Positions 41,442 through 55,800 of a stretch of DNA of 64,000 nt are shown here, piece by piece. The position numbers and the translations under genes were made by a program. The stretch is taken from the NCBI GenBank assembly GCA_964658305.1, contig OZ210884.1, forward strand, positions 7,688,001 to 7,752,000. The letters are read 5' to 3'. Positions within the stretch are counted from its first letter, which is position 1. The number at the start of each line of letters is the position of its first letter. This DNA is from Leptogorgia sarmentosa. Taxonomy: Eukaryota. The notes below the pieces were generated by a model that saw only the letters and a program-made list of their open reading frames with translations, did not search any database and had not been told where the DNA came from.

Positions 41442-44400
41442 ATGGAAATATCCATACTGACACTACTTTGTCTTCTCCCATTTTTAGCAACAGCATCAAA
41501 AGGTAATTACCAGAACGTTTTGTTTATTTGCGTGAGAATGGCCATGTTAATAGACCTGCCAAAGTAGCTTTACTCTGTTGACTGTTTTTCCATGACATAA
41601 TTTTATTTTTTCTAAATTAAGCACACCTTCACTTGTCAGAAAAAATATTATTGATATTTCGTGTGAATTCTAGCTATACGACATTCCTGAGTCGTGGTCG
41701 GTTGCATCATACTGTAGGCGTTCAGCCCAAACGGTGTCAGGCAAAATTTAATTGAACTTAATTTTTGTAAAACGAAATTTCTACTTGTAGGCACATTTGT
41801 TATGTTCAGTTACGGCCAGAAAAGATTACCTTGCTCACAGTTCATACTCTATCGATTTTTCTTGATATTTCTTACTAATCTACTTGATTGATTGTACAAT
41901 TTGAGTTTGAGATATAATATTAGCGGGAACATTAATACTTTACGGGAAATATTGGCGGGAAAATTTGTACCTTACGAATTATTAACAAAAAAATATATTG
42001 ATTGCAGTCAATGGGGCAGAAGTGGACTTGGTGAATTTTTTATTCAACCGGAGTCGATACGATAGGAGAATAATACCCTCCGTGGGACAAAACGGTCCAT
42101 TGAATGTTAATATTGGATTAACAATATACCGTATTGAGGATTTGGTAAGACGGGAACAATCTCTTTGCTTATAATACTCGATAGATTGATCAGTAGTTGC
42201 TTCTGATATGTTCAACGAATCATTAAGAAATACGTTTGCCAGTAGGCGAATTTGCTCGCACAAACAGAGAAAAAAGCAACTTGATTGGCTTACGACAAAC
42301 ACTGACGTCATCACACGCCAATCACATTCACTTTTCACTTGTTCTCGCGAAAAACATCGCCAAGTGGAAAGCGGGCTCAATTCATATAAGGAGACGGGAA
42401 AAGTTGTACAAAACATTTAATAATATTATTCAGCGTTAGTATATGCAAATCCATCAACCCACTCGATATTCTTAATTATCAGGGACATTAAGAAAATCCT
42501 TTCCGGTTCAAGTCGAGTTTTCGCGTGTGCTTTGAAGAAGTCTAGCGAGTTAAAACTTACTGAACTATTCTTACTTATCGAACGAAAAAACGAAAACTTT
42601 TTCACGAAGAAGTACGGGTTATTAAATTCAAATTAAATTTTGCACGCGTGGATTGCCATAGCAACAGTTTCTGCATGCATTGATCATTAGTCTGCACTAT
42701 TATATATGCATCGCACTAGCATAATTATTTATTAAATAACCTTTTTAAAACACGGGCGTTGATTGGTCAAAAGCTCAAAAAAACCCGTGTTTCTCTAACA
42801 CGATAGAAAACGCGGATTTTCGCCCGAGTTGCGTTGATTGCGGCGGAATTTCAAAAAAAAACAAAATAAAAACAAAATTAATACTTTTTCTTATTTTTGA
42901 AAGCCAATCTCATGAAGAAAAGTTTTGTTGGTATTTCCAATACACTTTCTCCTTGAAATGTAACGTTGGTTATTATTTGAACAACAAACATTATCGAAAA
43001 ATGTGTGTCTTAACCTATGGTTAACCATAGCGTGTTTAACCCAGCGATTGAAGCCAAAGTGAATGTGATTGGGTAGTTATGTCGTCAGTGTTTGTCGCCA
43101 GCCAATCAAGCAGTCGGGTTTCTCCTGTTCGCGCGAAAAAATTCGCTGTGTGGAAAGCCGGCTTAACTAAGGTGGCTTTTGACTCAAATTGCTTGGTTTT
43201 ATAGGTGGAAAAGAGTCAGCACCTTGTCACTGATGCAGTTCGTCATTTGGTATAGTGTTTATCATATTTTTAATCATGATAATTTATTTCAATATGTAGC
43301 TGATCAGCCTGATTTGACCGTGAATGATTGAATGGGCTGGTACTAACTACCCAATGAAAATCCATTCATTGTTTTTCAAATCAATTATATCTTTTATTAT
43401 TCTTCATTCCGGTGTTCACCATCGTATTTACAGACCTGGAATGATCCTCAACTGACGTGGAAACCGTCAGATTTTGGTGGAATTAGAGATATCGTTGTAG
43501 CGTCTCGGCAAATATGGCTACCTGATGTAGTACTTACCAATAGGTACAACATGGTCCATTTTCTGATTTGCCTATATTACACCTGTAGAACCTGAAAAAA
43601 TGGAAAGCCCGTGGTGTATAGGCAGTCCAGAAATGAGCGGCGTTCTTTAGCTAAACCAATCATTTTAATGAATAATATTTCTTTTATATAATGGCCGAAA
43701 CACGATAGAAGCAGTTTATAAGAGAATTTGAACTGAGATTATACGTTTACACAACGCCGGAGCGAAAAAGTGACGGTATAATTTGTTTGCGTTTACATGA
43801 CTGTTCCGTTTGAATTCCGATTTGTTATTTTTAATCTGCATAAAACACGAAATTGCCAACCCAAAATAATGTCCCACCAAACAATATTAATATAAAGTGT
43901 AGCGAAATATTAACGGCGACAATGTTTGCACAACGCCATGTGCCACTCCCTTTTCGCCCGACCACGTTTAGAAAGTGTGGTGGTGCGTACCACCACGGCA
44001 AACGTGACGTTTTTGAATAAATCCGCTCCGGATCAATGTAAACGGAACCCCGTTTTGTTATTCTTTTGCGCCGTTTTCAGATCAATCCAGAGTTGTGTAA
44101 ACGTAGTCTAAAGTCAAAATACCGCCTCAAATAATGTGACTTGATGACGACACTTGATGAAATTTGAATTGAACTTATATTGGACGCTTTTTAGTGCTGT
44201 GGAGAATTTTAAATCACGAAGAATGTCTATAGTTAAACCAAGAATCCACCACGATGGAAACGTTACTTTGAACATAGCTGCTGTGCTGCAAACAGCTTGC
44301 AAAGTGAATGTGGCGAGTTATCCAGCTGACGAACAAAAATGCGACATGGTGTTTGCTTCATGGGGACATCACGCTGGAGAAATCAGAATAAAGAGCATGG

Positions 44401-47024
44401 TAAAGTTTGCACACCAACACCTTACTTGCATTATAATTCTCACAGTACTAGAATTCGCGCATGGATAAGTGCGCGAAATTTAATACTGCGCCCGGTGAAT
44501 TCAAAACGGACCGGAACGCTACGTCCTTCGGGAAATGAGAGCTCGATATGAGAGCTTTTGAGACCTCGACAAAATATTCTCCCATACGGACCTCCCAGCT
44601 GGTAAATAACATATATATATGTTACATCAAAGAGAAATAATGAATAAATATGATAGTCTACTTACAAATAATGATTTGGAAAATGATCTGCTTGAGTCCC
44701 GGCCTGCCCACTTTGTGATTTGACTTAACAATTCTCACCTTGGTCATACAGTACGTAGTAAGTTTTAATTTAAAGAATACTTTTAATTTTATTGCAATTA
44801 TTGAATGTATTTGTTCACTTCCAGCGCGAAAATTTCGACCTCAGTCGCTATATCGTTAATGGTCAATGGGAGATTAGTGGAACAGCATTCGAACAGAAAT
44901 TGAAATCAACTGTATATACCTACCACGAGGTTACATTTACTCTCAATCTACGTCGTCGCGTGCTGTATTACGTGATATACTTAGTAAGTCCTGGAACACT
45001 GATTGCTCTCCTGGCTGCGATAATATTTGTTCTTCCTCAAGACTGCAGTGAAAGGATAACTGTAGGTAAGAACAGGAGGTTGTTGTCATGACCCTGATGA
45101 AAGAGAATGAAAACACTTTGCACTTTGGTTGGAAAAAGCCGAATGTATTATTATCAGTTACATACCTGCCACGAGGGATATCGAGAAAAAATTAATTAAT
45201 ATTATTATACATTTAATATTTATTCTCGTTCCTGATTGGTCAGAAAGCACCGGCTAATTCTCAGTATTCGGTATTTATTACGTATTTTCCGCCGATGACG
45301 CCATCAGCGTAATTATTTTTTTGGATCGAACTTGCATCCAAAAAAAATATTATTGGATTCTCTCGTGCCCAAGCCCTAGCGCTGTCAAAAGCTTGAAGCT
45401 AAAAGCGCGCGAAAAAACAAACAAACAATGGCCAGCAGCAGATTTGCTTCACTGAATGAAAGTGAACTCTCCAAATTACCATATCTTTTAAATGTATAAT
45501 AAAACAATTATTGGACTCGGCTTTCGCATGATATCAAGAATTATTCAGACCTCGGTCAATGTTATCCGCCCCAGCTTCGCTTCGGCAGATAACATTGATC
45601 TCGGTCTGAATAATTCTTGATATCATGCTCAGCCTCATCCAATAATTGTTTAATAATATTAATTCACTAAACTATTTTTTTAGGCATGGCAATTTTGGTT
45701 GCTCTGTCATTCTTCTTTCTTCTCGTCTCGGAGAACATGCCAGCATCTGCGAGGGTTTCAATTATTGAAAGATATTATGCATTGACAATGATGGAAATGA
45801 CCATATCTTTCTTTCTTAATGTTTTTGTCCTACGATTCCATCACATGACTGAGGAGAAAGTCCCTGATTGGGTTAAGGTAGAATATTTCATAATTTATTA
45901 GAACTGCATGCTAATATACAGGGTGTATAAAAAAGTAAAACCCTGTCAAACTCAAATTAGCTGTTATAAAATTGTAGTACATTGACATGTCTAATTGCTT
46001 TGACTTAATATTGGACAAGAACAATAAGGTCGTCTTCTTTTCTCATGGGACAAAACTCAAATACAATTAATTAGAACTAAATTTTAAGCAAGTGTCAAAA
46101 TATGTTCTAAATTTATCTGACAAAAATTACATGAAGAGCTGATAGTTGTAAATACTTTGCAGCATCTTGTACTTACCAGTCTCAACGAATTATCAAATTC
46201 GTGTGCCCGTGTGTAGAAGAACTTGTGAGTTGTATTTCTGAATCTACGCATATCAATTTGACGAGGGATTAGGCATGTCATTAATATACTACTTAAAAAA
46301 TAAAAAACATTTTCCATGCATGTTTACATCGAGTTATGTAAACACGAGTGAGTTGGGACAAGATTGCATGCCATAATAATGTACTAGATTAAACGTATAA
46401 TATATGCAATCATTTGTTTGACAGAAATACCTCTTGAATTATGGTGCGAGATTCTTGCGAATGACATTTCGTTCCAGCAACATTCAACATCGTCAAAGCA
46501 TGAAAAAGTATAAGTTCCTGTTGAAACCAAAAGGTATGTTCAACTTTTCGTTAAATATTTCAAAAAAAAACTGAATCAAGCTTCAACTCCCCCAACTTTA
46601 TTTATTGTTCAAAGGCTCCCTTAGGATGACGAAAGAAAAACGTCGCTAGTTTCTCAAAAAAAAATCGCTAGCGAGAAATCAGCTTTAAAAAGGATTCAGT
46701 ATGGAATTTTTTAAATGTAAAATAGGATGGATTGAGAAGTAAATATTAGTGATATTTAAGACATCATATCAACTGGGAAAATGTTTTATTATAGGAGGAG
46801 TTGACAATCTTGTTGATAAAATGACAAAGAAACACAAGCTTCAAAGTGACATGGTGATCGCAAATGTCTTTGAAACAAAGATAAAGATGGCAGCCAGAGA
46901 TGCAGAATGGAAAAAAGCAGCAGAAGTACTCAACAATTACTCCCTGATTTTTCATGTCTTGGCAGTAATGCTCACTTTCGGCATTGTTTTCTTGGATGAT
47001 CTAATTCTTTCTAATAAACTGTAA
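41442..47024 (+). CDS. Cys-loop ligand-gated ion channel subunit, nicotinic acetylcholine receptor-like (non-alpha), 9 exons, ~443 aa
   Basis: Exons 41442-41502 (signal peptide MEISILTLLCLLPFLATA), 42008-42144, 43205-43249, 43434-43543 (WNDPQLTWKPSDFGGI...IWLPDVVL), 44195-44399 (Cys loop CKVNVASYPADEQKC, ASW), 44825-45065 (NGQWEI, LRRRVLYY, M1), 45684-45877 (M2/M3), 46425-46533 and 46795-47024 (EWKKAAEVLN, M4); 1332 nt in frame. Confidence 0.92.
45500..45652. repeat. Palindromic hairpin element in an intron of the Cys-loop receptor gene
   Basis: AAACAATTATTGGA...GATATCAAGAATTATTCAGACC...GCTTCGC...GGTCTGAATAATTCTTGATATC...TCCAATAATTGTTT. Confidence 0.75.
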
Positions 47025-47650
47025 TATCTAAAACCAGCACGGCCCGTTCACACGCGCGATTTTTTGCTGCGATTTTATAACGGATGTGCTGAGTGCGTGC
47101 TTCCTCATCTGAACTTCATGACTGTTTTACTCGATAAAATATGAGTAGTTTTAGTAGCGAAGAATCGATTATCTGTGTTTCGTGTTTAGATTAGATATTA
47201 TATCTCTTGTAATATGCTTTATTTCGATCTCATATTTTTGTCGGTGCTATAGTTCTCATAACCAAACATAATTACAAAATTTCAATCATAAAGAATAACG
47301 ACATGCAGATATAATCAAGTGAATACATTAAAATGGATTTTTATTCGAACAACCCTTTCTGAGCGCTGGATTGAACACGGGATCACCTGGGTACTGACAT
47401 TACATTATCTTACTGCATGATTACATACATAGTACAGCACAAATTTATCATTATCTAATCACTTTGTGAAAATCACCAAAAGCGCTCATATATACTTAGC
47501 TAAGCAAGAACGACGCCTCTGTTGAATGAAATAGCCACAAGATCCAGTGATTCACCAATCGCTCTTGCTCCACGCGTCTGTTCAGCAAAATTATTTTAAT
47601 GATATGTTTTAATGCATGACCATGCACGATTGGTTGCTTTTGTCTCCTCA

Positions 47651-48565
47651 TACATGCATGCAGTCAACCTGATCGGTGGCAGTTGATTAAGTACATATGC
47701 TTTTAATTTGATCGGGTCAATCCGTTCAATCCCAACTACACCAAGGTCAATAATATCGGATGACTATGATAAGACATAAGGCATCTTTTATTATCCCTCT
47801 ACCTGACAACTGACGCCAGAAAAGCCAAGTGGAAATATTATATTTGTACATGCGGCGTCTTTGTCATTAAATTTATCAGCACTGCATCACTGGTCGTGCA
47901 GAACCGTCGTCTAACTTTGGTGGGAGGCCGAATTATTTTGATGTTCTGTTGTCTTCATCATAGTGGTAAGTATTTTCCCTCCCTCGATTACCAACCTGTG
48001 AAGTGCCGTGATAGAAACACTATACAAAGTGTATCTGTGGACTAATATATGGTCATAAGAAAAATGTGAAGTTATTGTTATGTAGACAGGACATTATAGC
48101 ATGTTATCGGTAGTCTGTAGATAGCACTGCTAGCTGAAAATGACTTAAATGAAATAGAATTCGTCTAAGAGCCGAGAATAGTAATATGTGCATTCGCACA
48201 AATTAAGATAACATTGCGTTATTTGGGTCGAACTAAAGAATACCATTTAAGACCAGTTTACACTGAACAACTTCAACTGTCGCATGCAATATCGCCCACG
48301 ATTGTCATAAGCTTTAAAGCATGCTTTCAAAAGGCTGCGCAAACTTTTTTCGTCTTGTATCAAACTGTCGTATAGCGAGTTGTATAGGGTTAATTATATT
48401 GTATAATCTGAGTTGCGACTGTTGAAAGCAAAAGTTTACTGACAGTGTAGTAAACCGACCTTTGCTACATTAGGATTGTATTGTTCGGGTTAGGATACTA
48501 GAGTAGATATACGAGTTGAGGGTTAGCCGGTTAGCCACGTGCAGTTATCCCCAAAATCTTAGAAG
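47651..48565. repeat. Upstream flank duplicated with the ABCC genes (paralogous to ~58610-59537)
   Basis: Near-identical ~900 bp blocks precede both ABCC copies. Confidence 0.9.
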
Positions 48566-49848
48566 TTGCGTGCTTTCGCATTTATAGCTTTCGTGTTTGT
48601 TTTCGCCATCTCCGACTCTTCGTCGCCTCGCGGTATTGCCATTCATTTACTAAAGTACTCCTGATGCAAAAGAATAATTTACTACAATTAAACTCAGCCG
48701 GTTGCTCCTTGTTGCTTTGTAATGCGACTACAGTATATGACTCGAGAACACTGGTGTGAAAAGAGTCGACGGCATCACTAAGCTTGAGTTGTTTGTTTAC
48801 GGGACATACCGGGGATTTACAGAATTTTCGATACTAAAAGAACTAAACCACATATAGGCATGCAAAAGTAAATCCAACGTTGGCCTGATACTGTAAGTAA
48901 ACTGGATATTTTATTACGACGCAGAAGTAGCGCGCACTTTATGATTTAACTCATTTAAGATCATTTGTTCAGCACGATGTATATATTACAATTTTAAAAG
49001 GGTCAGATGTCAGAGATTTATCTGATTTGCTTTTAACACGCGCGCTGCTGCGATTGCCAGTTGCTCCTGACAATAAAATAGTGATTATACTTTCTCGTAT
49101 CACGTCCGCAATGTTTCCTTAGTTTTCTTTTAAAAAATATGATTTTAGTGTTAATATAAAACTGTTTGCTTTCGGTGATTCCGATGAGTCTGCTGTTGAC
49201 GCGTTTGGCAAGGGCGCTGCGTGCGAAAAACCTGAGCGAGGTCGGGCCACTGAGCCACAGATTAAGACTCTTAAACTGTGATTGAGCTAATGAATCACAG
49301 TCTTTCTTTAACTCAGTGGGTCTGGCACGGTTTTTTTTTTGTTGAAAGATCACTCACTTTCCTAAAAACTTCCGAAGACATTCTTTGATTTTTTTCTCAC
49401 TCTCTCGAATTGTTTTTAGTGGTTAGGGTTAGGATGCTACGGTTAGGGTTAGATTTACGGTTTGGGACTTGTTTATTTTGTGAAAATTACGTTCCAAAGT
49501 AAGTGGGTGCTTCAGTGGATACGGCAGCACTATCCTTGCGATAGTAACTCCTAGTTAAAAAACTAATTTATTAATTAGGGTATTGTTTGAATTTGAATCC
49601 CCTAGCATGCTAAACCCATCAGTGCATAAAATTATAAATAACTGTCATAATTAATGTAATACTCGTGGGATTTGCTGTGTGCAAACTAGGGCATTCAAAT
49701 TCAAACAATTTAGCGTTAGCGCTGAATATTATAATTAATCCCACTCCGTTTTCCCTCGACCACGTTTAGAAAGTGTGGTCGAACCACCACGGCAAAAGTG
49801 ACGTAAGAGCCGCTTGTGAGAAAAGCCAATTTATAACAACAAGTTAAC

Positions 49849-52800
49849 ATGGAGTCAGGAAAAAAGTCATCACGTCACCCACAAGAGGAAGCGAATTTTG
49901 TGTCAAGGTTGTTCTTGTGGTGGATCTTTCCACTGCTGTGGAAAGGATGGCGACGCCCACTACAACAAGACGACCTGTACGAAGTGAGAGATAAAGATCA
50001 GAGCTGTAAACTCACCAAACGTTTAGAAGAGAAATGGGAGCAGGAAAAGGAAGCTGCAAAGAGAGGTATGATCAGTCGCGTCGTGAGAGCTGTTCAACAG
50101 AGGGGAGGGGGGGGGGGGGCGGGGGGGCGAACCAGATTTTTCCGAAAGAAAAATTTTACATTTACCAGTACATGACAATGAGGCGAGGGTGTTACGGTAT
50201 TTTAACTTAGCTGGTGAAAATATATTCATTAGAACAAATTTTAACTGATAAATTTTACTGTTATATTTATAGACAAACGAGCTTCGAAGTTATGGAAAGT
50301 GATGTTGCAGTATTTCGATACTCAAGACTACATGATGTACATAGTTATTTACCTCGCAACGGCCGTTGGACAAAATATTTCTTGGTATTCACTTATCAGT
50401 TTGCTAAAGTTAGTGAGCGAGTTTTGCTTTGGGGAGATTGAAAACAACATCAGCTTTTATGAAGATGCACTGGTGTATGTTTATGGTGTGATGTTGGGAT
50501 TTTTGATGGAAGCATTTGCACTTGCTCGTTTTAATCTTCACGGTGCAATACTAGGGAACAAAGCCAAGTCAGGCGTGATGGGTTTATTGTATAAAAAGGT
50601 GAGTAAATTTTCGGAATTAAATTAGTCAGGTACAATCATTGTGGGTGGTTAATTAAAATAACCTTTAATGCCAGCCAGGCGAGCCAGCAACCCTTTATTC
50701 TGTTTCTATACGGCCTGGCTTTGTTTATTATATTGTCCATTGTATTTATAGATATTGCTGTATTATCTAGGTGCTCAGACTAAATAAAAGAGCCATTAAC
50801 AGCGGTCATGTGATGGAACTACTTTGCAACGATTCCCAACGCCTTGCTACCAGTGGAGAATGGTTTATTCCTATCGCATTTCGTCATATTTTATACATCA
50901 TAAACATTATAGTTTGGCTGCTATACTTCATTGGCTGGCAAATCATACCTGGCGCCCTATTTTTAGTATTCCCTGTTGTATTACAGATGCTTTGCAGTAG
51001 AGTTGACTATAGACTGCGCAGGAGAGCTTCTGAGCTTTCAGAGAAACGACTTGGTTATATTAGAGAATCCCTCACTGTGATACACTCCGTTAAAGTTAAC
51101 TGTTGGGAAAAGATTTTTGAAGAGAAAATACAGAAAACACGATGGTAAGTGTTTATCAGTAAGTTCTTGAGTTGCGTTGGTGCTACTATGTTATTCATAA
51201 GTCCGGTTAGTATTTATATCTGCGCCCCGCCCAGTTTCAATGGGTAAAATTATACGGTAGACATACTCAATCTAAAACAATTTGGTTGCTTGAAATTTTA
51301 TATTAAATTGGAAAATTAAAAAGCAAAAATCTTTTCCGTTTGCGAAGTGAAATTCCCTGCAAGATAAACGACATCCGGGACACCGGTCCAGATACGAAAA
51401 ATACGGACCACGGTCCGGATATGGGTCCGGATATCTTTACGGACCGCTTGTCAACCAATCAGAATAGAGAATTTTGAAAATCCATGCACGGAATGAACTT
51501 TACAGCTGACAGCATGCATACTTAATAATTATTATGTTACAGACGACGTTTTGATCTTTTTCAGGGAAGAAGTGAAACTGAAATGTAAACGTTGGACTAT
51601 TTCGTTGATGTGTTACGCATTCAGAGTTTGTGGTCAAAGTTTGGCTACCTTCATTGCTGTGTGCACATTAATTTACACAGCAAGAAATGAAATCGCTTAC
51701 TTAAATTTCTTTTCCATGATATACCTCTTTGGAATACTTAATACATCTGTTGCTATTTCTCTTCCGACAAGCATACGGTTATTTACGGACGTTCGTGGTG
51801 CTCTTCAACGTATTGAAATGTTTCTTAAAGCAACTGATAATTCATCTGGGAAATCTCTTCAAAGTGCCAAAAACTGGATTAAAGAAAATGGTAATGTAAA
51901 CTTAGTGGATTTAGCAAAACAATCCAAACCCTATCATGTACCATTTGTTCATTTATGTGATGTAACTTGTGAAGCTCATTCGGCGTGTAGCTCTTTCCAG
52001 TTCTCTGAACCAAAAACCAAAGATTCAACATTGTTAAAAAACATTACTCTTGAAGTGTCCACTCCAGCGTTGGTTCTCATATGTGGTGCTGTAGGCAGTG
52101 GAAAGTCCTCGCTTTTAGAAGCCATTCTAGGAGAGTTACTGGTAACTAATGGCTCAGTTAACTACTTTGGTAAATTGGCCTATGTTTCCGACACGCCTTG
52201 GGTTTTTCCCGGAACTATTCGTGAGAACATCGTGTTTGGTTTGCCATACAACGAGAGTAAATACAACAAGATACTCGAGGCTTGTCAGCTGGTAAAAGAT
52301 TTTGATAATTTTCCAGAACATGATTTAACACGTATTGGAGAAAATAGCGCGACTGTGAGTGGTGGTCAACGTACACGTATTGCTTTAGCACGCGCAGTTT
52401 ATTCTGAAGCTGATATATATCTATTGGATGATCCTCTGAGTTCATTGGACATCAATGTCGCTCAGAATGTCTTCAGGTTAGTTTTTCATATCAGTTTTAT
52501 CGCGATTTGACGAGTGCCTGGTAATTACATGAACAGTAAGGTAGAATTCATAAGTTACAATACTTGTAACATTATATAAATATAAAAAATAAAATTGCTG
52601 CACAATAATTTTACAATATTTAATATAAATGTCATTTTATTGATGTAGAGATTGTATCCAAGGATTATTATCTGATCGAATAGTACTCTTGACAACACAT
52701 GCGACGAAACATTATCCAATGGCTGATCATATTGTCCAATTGGGTGAGGGAGGAGTAATTGCGTTTCAAGGAAATTTTGAAACATTCAAAACTACCCTTT

Positions 52801-55800
52801 CACTTGATGAATCAGTTGAGGACGACGCCAATCTAAAAGATGGCATGCAGCGAGAGGTATGGGCCGATAACAAAGAATCCGTGGAAGGCGTCAATCTTCA
52901 AAATGAAGAAGAAACTAGAGAAAGAGGAACGGTCTCTTGGAAAGTTTACTTGAAGTATTTACTTCATGGAGCATCTCCATTTCTTCTGCTTCTTGTCCCA
53001 GTGCTATTATTTTCTGGTGCAGGTTAGTATTAAGTGTCAAATACCACGACATTCGGTGTTCGGTCATGATGGCGAACAAAAAAACATATTCTTTTCCGTT
53101 GGCACGTAAACCCGTCAATGTAGCAAACAATTACACCATTTGATGGTACATTTTCAACTTGAGGGCCTTAAAAAATATGCTGTGCGCTCTATGAATGATA
53201 AGTATTGATGGTAATGATAAGAATTGATTTTTTCTTCAATCGCAAAAATCGCGAAATTAAAGTCACGCGAGATTGAGTGCGAATAAGGTAGCAGCTTAGC
53301 TAAATTAAACATGCGTTGCTAAGAACCAGCTCAGAAATCATTATTTCTTCTTGCTATCTTTAGGTTTGATTGTTTTGGTGGACTTCAATGCTTCACGAAT
53401 CCCAAAGATAGCAGGAGAAGAAAACTCTACGTTTCAACAAATGTTCCTTCTGTACATCATTTACATTATTTTTGCAGTACTACTCACAGTTGTGGGCACC
53501 CTATCATTTTTTCTACTTTTAATGAATTCATCTTATAAGGTGTGTAGTAATTGTATTTCTGATCTAAAAATTTGTATTGATCATGCTACTTGTTATTCAC
53601 AACATCCCCTAACACTAGAACTTAATATTAAACCATTCCAGGAATTCGTATACTTGTTTAATAACTCTATTTACCAATGGCAATGTTTTCAGTAATCAAA
53701 AAGAACGCCAGAATTAAGTGATGGTTTTCGATATGTGTATTGACATTTCCGTTCTTGATCAATATAAATACAAAGTGCTGATATATTTTTGAAATGAAGT
53801 TATAGGATTCCAAATAAATCGTATCAGTTCATGTCACGTATGTGGCGTCAGCTAAGCGCTTTTGCTTGCGTTTGCAGTCCACTCCTTCCATTGTGTATGT
53901 TCAAATTTATCATTGTATTCTTACTTAAAGGTACGTTTACACGCTGCGATTTGTCGGGCACGATTCGTATTCTGGCGTATGAAAAATACTGCTTATGCAT
54001 ATTCGACTTGGTTAAGTTTGAACAGTATTTGAAATGCGACTTCTGCGTGCTGCATGACTGCGAATGGTGCACGATAAATTGTAGCGTGTAAACGTACCTT
54101 AAGGCGTTGTCATGTTAAATTTTTAAAAATTCTTTCAGATTCATAACAAGATGGTCACGTGCCTCATGAAAGCACCTTTATCATTTTACGCACAAAATCC
54201 GGTCGGCCGAATTCTAAATCGTTTATCTCAAGATATCAACATTCTGGACGAATTTTTACCGTTTTATGCCTATGTAACATTTACCTATATTTCACCAGTC
54301 GTTGCCACCATTTTGTTGACTAGCATCACAAATCCCTGGTTGATTCTCTCATTTCTCCTTTCCATGCCATTATTTTACTTCGTTGCAAGTATCTATATTA
54401 ATTCATCTACCGACATAAAACGTCTGATGCTGATGGCAGCAGGTCCTGTGTATTCTCATTTCTCCAACACAATGGAAGGACTGAAAACTATCAGGATTCA
54501 TTCCAGGCAGAAAGAATATACAGAAGAAGTTTTCAGGTATGTTTCCATTTATTTACTTCTGCAGTGCGTTGCATGCAATAGCTACATTATTTCTTGCCAA
54601 ATTTTGCTTTGTAATTTGAGGACGGTTAACGTTAGTTAAGACAGTACCCCGCATGTGCAAGTCAGTTTTTAGAGCATTAATATTCGTTCAATGACAAGTG
54701 GAGGAGTTGTATGGGAAGGGGAGTAATAGGGTGGGCGTACAACTCCTCCACTCCTGGCTGACGACTCGTAGAATTACAATCAAACTTCGACTTAAGGTAA
54801 GTTTCGTCATCAGCCGAAGTCGTTACGGAGTTGTGCGAGATTTCAGAGCTGTCATTCAACCAATATTATATCCAATCAAACAAGAACACAATAGTAACAT
54901 TATAATGAAAAATATATTCAACAAAGTCATAAATGATCTTATACACTAGCAGTTAATAAAGCACTACCGAAGTTAAACCTGAAATAATAAAATAATAATA
55001 AGTAAACTTTTTCATTGAATTTAAACGCTGATAAAAGCCTTACTTAAGATCATACAGCAACTTTCGGCGGCGTTTTTTTAACTTGTACATATGATATATA
55101 TTTCAGGCATATTGACAAGCACAGTGCAGCAGTTCTGTCCTTCTATACCGCAACCAGATGTTTTGGTCCAATCTGCTGTGGATTGACAACGTTTGTGGCG
55201 GGAATCGTTACAGTGGTTGTCATTTTTACCATAAATGATCCCCACACAGCAAGTATGTTTTAAACTTTTAGTTTTGAGCGGTTTTTCTTATTTTTTATAA
55301 AACAGACTATCGTAAAGGCTCTGGGGTAGAATACGAGTGAAAAATGTGATCAAAGAAGCCCACAAATACAGCACATAATGGCGGAAGCCCCCTCCGGAAT
55401 TTCAGTACTTGTGAAAATTGCAACTCAGCACGTGTCCGGGCATGAAATTACACAATATGACGGACGCTAAGAGTGGGACCGTTAATCAGAATGATGACAT
55501 AATATGGGCAACATGCTTGAATACATTGATTAAACATACGTACATATTATTTAATCATATCACGTCAACAATGTTTCCTTAGTTTCTTTTAAGAAAACAT
55601 GATTTTAGCCCAATATCTTCTTAGAAACTTTGCACTATCCGTAGATCCGACCCTAGTTTCATATTTTATTCCCTACCATTCTCGCAAAGCATGCTCGTGG
55701 TAGTAGTCACCCAAGACAACAAAACGTCATTATTCGATGTTGAAACAAGCTGTGTTTACTGTTTATAGCACTTGGTGCGATCACCATCCTTTACGCGCTA

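Noticed and set aside
49421..49452. GGTTAG telomere-like repeats
   Set aside because: Only a few units, internal to a Helentron-like element end; not a telomere.
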